Assembly (NCBI GenBank): GCA_038889235.1 | Contig: JAWAHN010000003.1 | Span: 143,703-175,702 of the forward strand | From: Candidatus Jordarchaeales archaeon | GTDB lineage: Archaea > Asgardarchaeota > Jordiarchaeia > Jordiarchaeales > Freyrarchaeaceae | DNA: 32,000 bases | Direction of reading: 5' to 3' | In this document: positions 1-7,453 of the stretch, one piece after another | Layout: each line of letters begins with the position of its first letter | How positions within the stretch are numbered: position 1 is the first letter of the stretch | Notes under the pieces: generated by a model | Databases searched by the model: none | What the model was told of the DNA's origin: nothing | The model's input: only the letters and a program-made list of their open reading frames with translations | Translations under genes and position numbers: made by a program

Positions 1-1
1 C

Positions 2-652
2 GTGGCTGACGTTGTGGAAGGACCTTTCTGCATCGATGGCACCACGGCTGACGTTAGGATAGCGGGAGCGAGGTATGTTATGGAGGTTGGCTTGTCGAAC
101 CGTGTCATATACAACTCCATAAGCCCAGACGTGAAGGATGCTGAGCTTCAAGCAATCAAGGACGCTGGAATTAAGTCCGCGGTGCTGCTGCTCCTCAACG
201 TTAGAAATCCGCTTATCAGTGGAAAATTCGAGGTAATCGATGAACTATTGCGAAAGGCTTCGACCGCAGGCGTGGAAAACGTCCTCATAGATACTGCTAC
301 CATAGACATATTAGACCCCGGCCCCGTATCTAAAGCGATTTACTTGGTGAAAGAGAGGTATGGCTACCCGGCAGGTTGCGGCGCGCACAACGCCATCGAC
401 ATATGGCGTAAGCGCACGAAGCTGAGCCCAGGCGTAAAGTTCTCAGGGACCATTCTGGCAAACGTCCTACCCGTGGTCATGGGGGCAGACTTCCTCCTCT
501 ATGGACCCATAGAAAACGCGGCAAAAATATACCCTCCAGTGGCGCTTGCAAATGCGTACGCGGCGTACACTTTGTGGCAGGAGTACGGTGTAAAGCCCCC
601 GGCGGGGAACCACCCGTTTTACAACCTTAGCAAAATAGCTGCCATAGAGTAG
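2..652 (+). CDS. mtrH: MtrH/MtgA-like methyl-corrinoid:tetrahydropterin methyltransferase (5'-truncated by window edge)
   Basis: Motifs PFCIDGT, VIYNSI, LIDTA, YGYPAGCGAHNA and MGADFLLYGPIENA match the C-terminal two-thirds of the MtrH family. The frame is open from the window start. Confidence 0.88.
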   Translation: MADVVEGPFCIDGTTADVRIAGARYVMEVGLSNRVIYNSISPDVKDAELQAIKDAGIKSAVLLLLNVRNPLISGKFEVIDELLRKASTAGVENVLIDTATIDILDPGPVSKAIYLVKERYGYPAGCGAHNAIDIWRKRTKLSPGVKFSGTILANVLPVVMGADFLLYGPIENAAKIYPPVALANAYAAYTLWQEYGVKPPAGNHPFYNLSKIAAIE

Positions 653-666
653 AAACAGCTATCTCT

Positions 667-2415
667 ATGAAGCATCCAACTCTCTTCGAGGGAGTGGACG
701 TGGAGCTGGGTGGCGGGCTAGCTCATGTTCTTTCTAAGGCTTACAGTAGGCTGGATGACGTCAGGAAAACGAACATTGCAGTCGCAGTGGTTATCTCTGA
801 GATTTTGAAGACGATGATTGGTCCTAAAGGAATGAGTAAGATGCTGGTTACTGAGACCGGAGACGTGCTAGTGACTAGTAGTGGCAGGGCTATGCTGGAG
901 AGGCTGAGGGTTTCCCACCCTGTTGCTAGAGGCTTGGTGGATGTTGCTAGGGTCCAGGGCGAGCTCACCGGCGATGGAACGAAAACGGCAGTGGTGGTTG
1001 CAGGGGCGCTGCTGAGGGAGGCGGAGAAGCTCATGGATCAGAAGGTTCACGTTACAACCATAATTGAGGGCTACAGGAAGGCGGCTGTCAAAGCCGTGGA
1101 AGTTCTAGAAAGGCTTGCAATTAGAACGTCTGCTGAAAATGAGGAGGTTATAAGGAGTGTCGCAAGAACGTTCCTTAGAGGACGTTTTAATGAGGACGTC
1201 CAGGACCATGTTGCCGACCTGATGCTAAAAGCGGTCCTTCTCACCCACAAAGGGGGGAAAGATGCATCCATTGAAGATGAAGTCTGCTTCGTCAAAAAAG
1301 CCGGTTCAGACGTGAGCGCTTCCGAATTGATTCGCGGCGTTGTTATATGCAGGGAGAAACCTCACCCGAGGATGCCCAGCAAGATGACTAATGTTAAAGT
1401 TGCACTGCTGAACTGTTCGCTTCAACCCTTCCTGCGTAAAAGCGAAGAGTGGAAGAAGGAGTACTTGATTGGCGAGGAAGGTCGACTGGCGGCTTTCATA
1501 AAAGGTGAAAGCGAGATTTACAGGGAAATTGTGGGGCGGGTTAAGCGAGTGGGTGTGTCCGCCGTCTTTTGCCGCAAAAGAATTAGTGAGAAACTGGTTA
1601 GTTGCTTCGCGAGCGAGGGCCTCCTAGCCTTTGAACTTGTTTCGGAGGAGGACATTGCTAGGCTTACGAGGGCAACCAGGGGGCGGGTGGTTTCGTACGT
1701 AAATGACTTGACAGAGAGAGACTTAGGTGTAGCGAGACTCGTGGAGTTCCGGAAAATCGCTGGTGACGAAGTCTTGGTCGTAGAGGGGGGTGAGGGGTCT
1801 ACCGCTGTTACACTGCTCCTGAGAGGGGGAACTACGGAAGCTGTTGAAGAGCTTGAGAGAATGACGAGAAACGGGCTTAAAGCCTTGTCTCTCGCCCTTA
1901 AGGATGGAAGAATCTTGCCGGGCGGTGGGGCTACAGAGGTCGAGGTCTCTAGGGAGTTGAGAAGTTTTTCGAGAGCATTTACCGGCAAGGAGCAACTAGC
2001 CATAGAGGCTTTTGCAAAAGCCATTGAAACAATTCCGAGGATCATCGCGGAGAACGCTGGACTCAAAGCCAGCGACGTTCTACCGGATCTATACGCTAAG
2101 CACGCCGCCGGCGGCAGGAATTTCGGGGTGGACGTTGTCAAGCGCGAGGTCGTCGACACAGTTAAAGCCGGATTGTTCGACGTGTTTGAAGTTAAGAGAC
2201 GCGCAATTCTAGCAGCCTACGAGTTCGCTACGATGATCCTCCGCGTGGACGACGCTGTTGTCGCGAAGACGAGTGAATTGAGGAAAATGGAGGAAGAGAA
2301 GGTGAAGGAAAGGAAGAGGTTTCTCGACGAGAAAATCAGGAAGGTGCTAGGAAAGGACGAGGAGCTAATGAAAGTGAGCAAAAAACTTACAAGCTTAAGC
2401 CCAGCGTTGGACTAA
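667..2415 (+). CDS. Divergent group II chaperonin (thermosome-like subunit) with degenerate ATPase site
   Basis: Colinear with thermosome subunits: IGPKGMSKML, GDGTKTAVVVAG, ELIRGVV, VALLNC, LLRGGT, PGGGATEVE, IAENAG and LRVDDAV. An alternative GTG start at 700 follows a GAGGGAG SD-like motif. Confidence 0.92.
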   Translation: MKHPTLFEGVDVELGGGLAHVLSKAYSRLDDVRKTNIAVAVVISEILKTMIGPKGMSKMLVTETGDVLVTSSGRAMLERLRVSHPVARGLVDVARVQGELTGDGTKTAVVVAGALLREAEKLMDQKVHVTTIIEGYRKAAVKAVEVLERLAIRTSAENEEVIRSVARTFLRGRFNEDVQDHVADLMLKAVLLTHKGGKDASIEDEVCFVKKAGSDVSASELIRGVVICREKPHPRMPSKMTNVKVALLNCSLQPFLRKSEEWKKEYLIGEEGRLAAFIKGESEIYREIVGRVKRVGVSAVFCRKRISEKLVSCFASEGLLAFELVSEEDIARLTRATRGRVVSYVNDLTERDLGVARLVEFRKIAGDEVLVVEGGEGSTAVTLLLRGGTTEAVEELERMTRNGLKALSLALKDGRILPGGGATEVEVSRELRSFSRAFTGKEQLAIEAFAKAIETIPRIIAENAGLKASDVLPDLYAKHAAGGRNFGVDVVKREVVDTVKAGLFDVFEVKRRAILAAYEFATMILRVDDAVVAKTSELRKMEEEKVKERKRFLDEKIRKVLGKDEELMKVSKKLTSLSPALD

Positions 2416-2440
2416 AAAATGATTTTGGGACTGGGGAACT

Positions 2441-3130
2441 TCACTTTTTACCTGTCGCCGGCTTACCCTTTTTTCGCTCTGCGAGAAGTTTTTTCGCCTT
2501 TTCGAGGGCTATCATCACGTCGGTAGCGTAGTCGTCGGCTCCGCACTCCCTACACCACTCTTCACCAGGGAAAGCACCGCCACCAACCATGTAAATGTAC
2601 TTGTCTCTGAGCCCCCTCTTCTTCAAGGCTTCTCCTAGGAACTTTTGCTGTTGAAGCGTATTGCTCATGAGTGCGGAGGCACCAATAATGTCCGCGTTGA
2701 CTTCTTCAGCCTTCTTTATGAAGTTTTCCACAGGCTGATCTACGCCTATATTGTACACCTTGAAGCCCGCTGCAGTAAACACGGCGGTGACGATGTTAAT
2801 GCCAAGACTGTGAATGTCACCCTCAACCGTCCCTATAACCATCACGCCAAGGGGCTCCGGCCTCTTGTCCTCGGGTATGTATTTGAGAAGTTCGTTCGTC
2901 GCTTTCTCCATGACTTGCGCTGCCAGCATTAGGAAGGGTAACGGGATCTCACCTCTACCAAACTTGTCGCCGACTTCCTTTATCCCGGCTGTAAGCCCCT
3001 TAGTGATGGCTTCTACAGGGTCTATCTGGGCTGATATCGCCTCTTTCACTGCAGCCATGGCGGCTGCCTCGTCGAAGTTTACGACAGCCTCGGCCAGCCT
3101 CTTTAGTATCGCTTCTTTCTTGGCGCTCAT
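2441..3130 (-). CDS. Methyltransferase cognate corrinoid protein (MttC/MtbC/MtaC-like; cap domain plus B12-binding domain)
   Basis: N-terminal four-helix cap (GL..GIKEVGDKF..GEI.LP.LMLAA..M), B12 motif GTVEGDIHSLG (DxHxxG), GASALM, VGGG and GADDY. ATGA overlap with the upstream mttB-like stop at 3127-3130. Confidence 0.93.
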   Translation of the reverse strand: MSAKKEAILKRLAEAVVNFDEAAAMAAVKEAISAQIDPVEAITKGLTAGIKEVGDKFGRGEIPLPFLMLAAQVMEKATNELLKYIPEDKRPEPLGVMVIGTVEGDIHSLGINIVTAVFTAAGFKVYNIGVDQPVENFIKKAEEVNADIIGASALMSNTLQQQKFLGEALKKRGLRDKYIYMVGGGAFPGEEWCRECGADDYATDVMIALEKAKKLLAERKKGKPATGKK

Positions 3131-4632
3131 CCCACCCTCACCCTTAACTTTTCGTTCCCCTCCTTAACTATCGCGTTCATCCGCTCAACAACGTCTTTCG
3201 GCAGCGGTTTCGGCTCGTGCTTCTCCAGCTCCTTCAACTTTTCCCTGCAGAGATCGTAAACCCATGAGCGCGCCCCTTTGTTAAGCCACGTGTCAAAGGC
3301 GTCGGTGTCCAGGCAGAAACCTCTAGGGAACATGTTTAAGCGGTCAAGGTTGTACTTATGTGTCATCCACCTCTCGCCCTTGGCGCCAACCTCTTTTATA
3401 ACGTCGAGGGCAAGGTTTTCAGGGGTCGGGTAGATCTGGTGGAAGGTGGACATAAGGGTCCTACCCATCCTTGCTATCTCGGCGCAGATAGGTATTAACG
3501 CTGGGTCGAAGGCTTCTCCTCCACACTGCTCGAATATGAAGTCCGTCCCAGAAATTATTTGTAGCGTCAGATACCTTGCAAGGTTGAATGCTTGCTGATC
3601 AAGACTCGCGGCGAAAGTTCCACCGTACTGCGCTGTTGGCAGCCCGTAGAGCTCATGCCAAAGCTGGTTCATGGCACACGTCCCCAGCATGAAGTGGGGG
3701 ACGTGCGCTCCTCCCCTTCCCGTCATGGGGTCTAAGCTGAAAACTATGTTGTTCGGGACCACCGCGGCTCCGGGGTCGTGAAACTGCTTGAGAGCGGTCA
3801 GGAAGAGTATTCCCGCATGTGAAATGGCAGTGTTTCCGGCAGCCATAGCCGGCCCCATAAGGGGCGCCGCGGCTGTTACAGCAGGCATAATAGGCCAGTG
3901 GTATTTCACGGAGGCTCGGAACAGCCAGCTGTTAAACCTGTTCAGCTGCAATGTGCCGATATAGTTGTAAACTGTCCAGAAAAGCGGCCTCTTCCTCAGC
4001 TCTTCCTCTCCTCCAGCAACTATGGCAGCCAGCCTCTCCACGTAATCGTACTCCTCTATAGTCGAGACCGTTGTGCAGAGGTGGCCCGCCCACTTAGTGG
4101 TGCCCTGGAACATTGCGTTCATCTTGTTGAGCTCTGATGGTAACCCCTGGTGTCCTTCCTCTGCCGCGTCGTATATGTAGACGTTTACGTCGAAGTCGTC
4201 TATTCCGTCCACTATCTTGGCGGCGTATAGCGTGTCCTTCGAGCTCGCCCTCCTACGATAGTACTTTTTGCTTTTCTCGTCCCAGACGAGGACGTCCGTT
4301 GCGCCGCTCTCCGGGGCCCAGTACTGCCTGCGCGCCGGTCCTTCAACCTCGACATCCCACTCAGGCTCCCTTCCAGCTAGGAGGAAGCTCCTAGGCGCCT
4401 TGCGAACTTGCTCCCTGACAACGTGCTCCGGTACATCTGTGACCAGTTTCGTTTCGTAGTTGACGCTGCACCCCATTTCCTCCGCCATCTTTAGCATTTC
4501 TTTGTCGTCTATGAAGACGCCGACATCCTTCAGTATCTTGTAAGCCGCGTTGTCAATTATTTCCAGCTCCTCCCGGTCCAGCACCCTCCATAGGCGACTT
4601 TTAGGCGGTAAAGGAACACCTGTTTTGGGCAA
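3127..4632 (-). CDS. mttB: MttB-superfamily (trimethylamine methyltransferase family) methyltransferase without pyrrolysine
   Basis: The N-terminus (LDREELEIIDNAAYKILKDVGV...APRSFLLAGREP) and the GLPT...DQQA segment are typical of the family. There is no in-frame TAG. TTG start at 4632 preceded by GGTGAGGAGGG. Coupled to the corrinoid gene. Confidence 0.85.
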   Translation of the reverse strand: MPKTGVPLPPKSRLWRVLDREELEIIDNAAYKILKDVGVFIDDKEMLKMAEEMGCSVNYETKLVTDVPEHVVREQVRKAPRSFLLAGREPEWDVEVEGPARRQYWAPESGATDVLVWDEKSKKYYRRRASSKDTLYAAKIVDGIDDFDVNVYIYDAAEEGHQGLPSELNKMNAMFQGTTKWAGHLCTTVSTIEEYDYVERLAAIVAGGEEELRKRPLFWTVYNYIGTLQLNRFNSWLFRASVKYHWPIMPAVTAAAPLMGPAMAAGNTAISHAGILFLTALKQFHDPGAAVVPNNIVFSLDPMTGRGGAHVPHFMLGTCAMNQLWHELYGLPTAQYGGTFAASLDQQAFNLARYLTLQIISGTDFIFEQCGGEAFDPALIPICAEIARMGRTLMSTFHQIYPTPENLALDVIKEVGAKGERWMTHKYNLDRLNMFPRGFCLDTDAFDTWLNKGARSWVYDLCREKLKELEKHEPKPLPKDVVERMNAIVKEGNEKLRVRVG

Positions 4633-4660
4633 CCCTCCTCACCCACCAATTTTTTGGTTT

Positions 4661-4680
4661 TTTAAGTATAAAATAATTTG
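4661..4680 (-). promoter_or_regulatory. Probable TATA box of the mttB-corrinoid operon, within the divergent mttB/RACo control region
   Basis: The minus strand reads caaattaTTTTATACttaaa, about 30-40 nt upstream of the SD and TTG. Confidence 0.4.
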
Positions 4681-4829
4681 TTTCACGAAGTTACAACATA
4701 GTGATTCATGTTGGTAGCTTTGGCCGAGAAATAACGCAACTTTATGCATAAACGTCCGTTTTACTCGAACCTACTCTTAAAAAAGGATAAGGTTGAAATC
4801 ACTATGTATAGTGGACGCCGGTGAAGTGG

Positions 4830-6755
4830 ATGAGCGGAGATGTAACCGTTGTTTTTCAGCCTGAAGGAAAGCGTGTCACAGTGAAGCCTGGGGGGAACCT
4901 GCTGGAGATAGCTAAGCTTGTAGGCGTAGACATCACCTCGGTGTGTGGTGGTAGAGGGACTTGTGGCAAGTGTAAGGTGGTGATCGAGGAGAACAGGGGG
5001 AATGTTTCCCCGCTGACTGCAAAGGAGGGGAAAATCCTGTCCCCCAGCGAGGTTGCTAAAGGGTATAGGCTGGCATGTTGCACGTTCGTTGGTGGCCAAG
5101 TCGTCGTTAAGGTGCCCGAGGAAAGTAGGACGGGGCGGCAGCGGCTTCAAGTTGAGGGAGTAGAAACACCTGTGGCTTTGAATCCACCTGTGTGCAAATA
5201 CTTTTTGAAGCTGCCTAAGCCGTCCCTCAGCGATCCTAAGCCTGACGCCGAGATACTACTCGGCGAGCTGAGACGCCAGGGTGTGGGACGAGATGTGGAA
5301 ATAGACTTTCACGTGCTGCAGACTTTGCCGGTAGCTCTCAGGAAGAAAGATTGGAGTGTAACTGTCGTCATGTGGAATGGCAGGGTCATAGGTGTGGAGC
5401 CCGGTGATACGACTAGGAGAGCGTTCGGCTACGCTGTCGATATAGGGACGACGAAGCTTGCCGGTTACTTGCTCGACCTCTTAACCGGGAAGGTTGTCGC
5501 CGTGGAGTCAATGATGAACCCGCAGATATCTTACGGCGAGGACGTCATAGCCAGGATCACGTACGCGTCTAAGGGGTTAAGGGAGCAGAGGAGACTTCAA
5601 AAAGTTGTCATAAGCGCCATAAACAAGATGCTCGACTCGCTCCTTAATAAGACTGGCGTGAAGAGGGGGGAGGTTTACGAGATGGTTGCCGTTGGCAACA
5701 CCGCAATGCACCACCTCGCTCTGGGCATATGTCCAAAGTATTTAGCCCTGTCACCCTATACGCCAGCCAACAGGAGGGGGGTAAACGTCGCCGCCCGCAA
5801 TCTCGGTGTGAGGATAAACCCGAATGGTAACGTCTACTTTCTCCCCATTATAGGTGGCTTCGTGGGCGCTGACACCATGGGCGTACTTTTAGCGACGGGA
5901 ATGTACAAAAGGGATGAAATGTGCCTAGCGATAGATATTGGGACCAATACGGAAGTCCTTTTGGGAAACAAGGACGAAATATTGGCGTGCTCCTGTGCGT
6001 CGGGCCCGGCTTTTGAGGGGGCACACATAAAACACGGAATGAGGGCGGCCACTGGCGCCATCGAGAAGATAAAGATAGATGAGAAGTTTGAAGTTAAATA
6101 TGAGACCATAGACGGCGAGAAGCCTCGCGGGATATGCGGCTCAGCTATGATAGATTTTCTGGCGGAAGCGCTAAAGGCGGGGTTAATTGACTTCACCGGC
6201 GTTTTCAATAGGGAAATAAGCTCGGACAGGCTGCGCAGCGGGGAAAGAGGACTTGAATTCGTAGTGGCATGGGGAGAGGAAACGTTTACAGGTGAGGACA
6301 TAGTTATAACTCAAAATGACATTAAGGAGATCTTGCTGGCTAAAGCAGCGATACACACGGGGATCAGCATCCTTATGAAGAAGAAGGGTTTAACTGAGAG
6401 GGACATCGACGTCTTCTTCGTCGCCGGAGCATTCGGCTCATACATAAACCCGGAGAACGCTAGGATAATAGGAATGTACCCCGAGCTGCCGTTGGAGAGA
6501 GTACGCGTAGTGGGTAATGCTGCCGGTACTGGTGCTCGCATGGCCCTCTGTTCCAGAGACGTAAGGGAGACCGCCGAAACCCTTGTAGGAAAGGTGAAAT
6601 ATGTTGAGCTCGCCGCGGAGGCGGGCTTTCAAGCGGAGTTCCTTAACTCGTACTTCCTGCCTCACGCTGACCTCTCAAGATATCCTGAAACAAGTGATCT
6701 TCTCAGAAAGCTGGGTAGATACCCCAAAAGGCCTCCAGTATGCTTCCCAACCTGA
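4830..6755 (+). CDS. RACo/DUF4445 (ASKHA) ATP-dependent reductive activator of corrinoid proteins with N-terminal [2Fe-2S] domain
   Basis: N-terminal CGGRGTCGKC...RLAC ferredoxin domain, ASKHA motifs AVDIGTT and IDIGTNTE, plus YGEDVIARI, CASGPAFEG and AGAFGSY. ATG at 4830 follows GGTGA (the ORF track starts at GTG 4821). Confidence 0.92.
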   Translation: MSGDVTVVFQPEGKRVTVKPGGNLLEIAKLVGVDITSVCGGRGTCGKCKVVIEENRGNVSPLTAKEGKILSPSEVAKGYRLACCTFVGGQVVVKVPEESRTGRQRLQVEGVETPVALNPPVCKYFLKLPKPSLSDPKPDAEILLGELRRQGVGRDVEIDFHVLQTLPVALRKKDWSVTVVMWNGRVIGVEPGDTTRRAFGYAVDIGTTKLAGYLLDLLTGKVVAVESMMNPQISYGEDVIARITYASKGLREQRRLQKVVISAINKMLDSLLNKTGVKRGEVYEMVAVGNTAMHHLALGICPKYLALSPYTPANRRGVNVAARNLGVRINPNGNVYFLPIIGGFVGADTMGVLLATGMYKRDEMCLAIDIGTNTEVLLGNKDEILACSCASGPAFEGAHIKHGMRAATGAIEKIKIDEKFEVKYETIDGEKPRGICGSAMIDFLAEALKAGLIDFTGVFNREISSDRLRSGERGLEFVVAWGEETFTGEDIVITQNDIKEILLAKAAIHTGISILMKKKGLTERDIDVFFVAGAFGSYINPENARIIGMYPELPLERVRVVGNAAGTGARMALCSRDVRETAETLVGKVKYVELAAEAGFQAEFLNSYFLPHADLSRYPETSDLLRKLGRYPKRPPVCFPT

Positions 6756-6846
6756 AGGGAACGGAACTGGTGGTATGTCGCGGGATTGGTTATAGCGTTT
6801 TTTGGTAGTTTAAGGTTTCCTTCCAGGAGTGCTGGTGGGCTGGTGA

Positions 6847-7452
6847 TTGGAGGTGGTTAGCGATAGGCTGAGGAGGGTTGTAGAGTTCCTTCAGACTGTT
6901 CAAGGTGTGAGGAAAGTAATAGTTCTAGGTAACGTTGAGCGTGAAGCCCTTCTTCAAGCCGAGTTAAGGGGCGAGAAAAGCGTCATAGGAGGGCAGGGGT
7001 TCAATGAAGGGGTGAGGGAAGCACTTTCCAGGGAGTTTGTTGTCGCATGCTCCACTGATAAACGCTTTAAGTGGCCTAAGGGGCCTTACGTCGTCCTAAA
7101 GAGCGGGGACACTGTTGTCGGCTTCATAACGGATGACGTTGAAAACATAAAGCGACAGTGTAACGAAGAGACTTACGTTTTCGGGGGTAGCTTGATACTC
7201 TTCCCAGACAGAATTAGGAAGTTGAAGGATAAGGAGAAGGCCACGATTTTCGTCTATAAGGGGTTTAAAATGGAGGCGCTTGAGGCAGAAGCGGATGTGA
7301 AGGACGCGGTTTTAGCTTTCTGCACGCGGGCCGGTGACGCGTATCTAAAAAGGCTGCTTGGTGAAAGTGAAGATGCGAGCATCGGGACAATAGTAGTAGG
7401 TTTTAACCTTGAAAAAAGAGGAGAGGACAAAGAGTTGGAGGGAAAGTGTTAG
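6847..7452 (+). CDS. Hypothetical protein (about 200 aa) downstream of RACo
   Basis: Long ORF with gene-like composition, 91 bp after RACo on the same strand. TTG 6847 or GTG 6853 start with a GGTGA/GGAGG SD. No function recognised. Confidence 0.75.
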   Translation: MEVVSDRLRRVVEFLQTVQGVRKVIVLGNVEREALLQAELRGEKSVIGGQGFNEGVREALSREFVVACSTDKRFKWPKGPYVVLKSGDTVVGFITDDVENIKRQCNEETYVFGGSLILFPDRIRKLKDKEKATIFVYKGFKMEALEAEADVKDAVLAFCTRAGDAYLKRLLGESEDASIGTIVVGFNLEKRGEDKELEGKC

Positions 7453-7453
7453 T

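Noticed and set aside
2-652. mtrH as evidence of methanogenesis or the membrane Mtr complex
   Set aside because: No mtrA-G or mcr genes are in the window. Stand-alone MtrH homologs act as MT2 in non-methanogens. The upstream context is not visible.
3127-4632. Pyrrolysine-containing trimethylamine methyltransferase
   Set aside because: The 501-aa frame has no internal TAG, and no pyl genes are visible.
4682-4752. 12-bp palindrome TTTATGCATAAA (4741-4752) and the 10-mer TTCACGAAGT shared with 19139-19148
   Set aside because: Short AT-rich matches at a level expected by chance, with no third copy or consistent spacing to a promoter.
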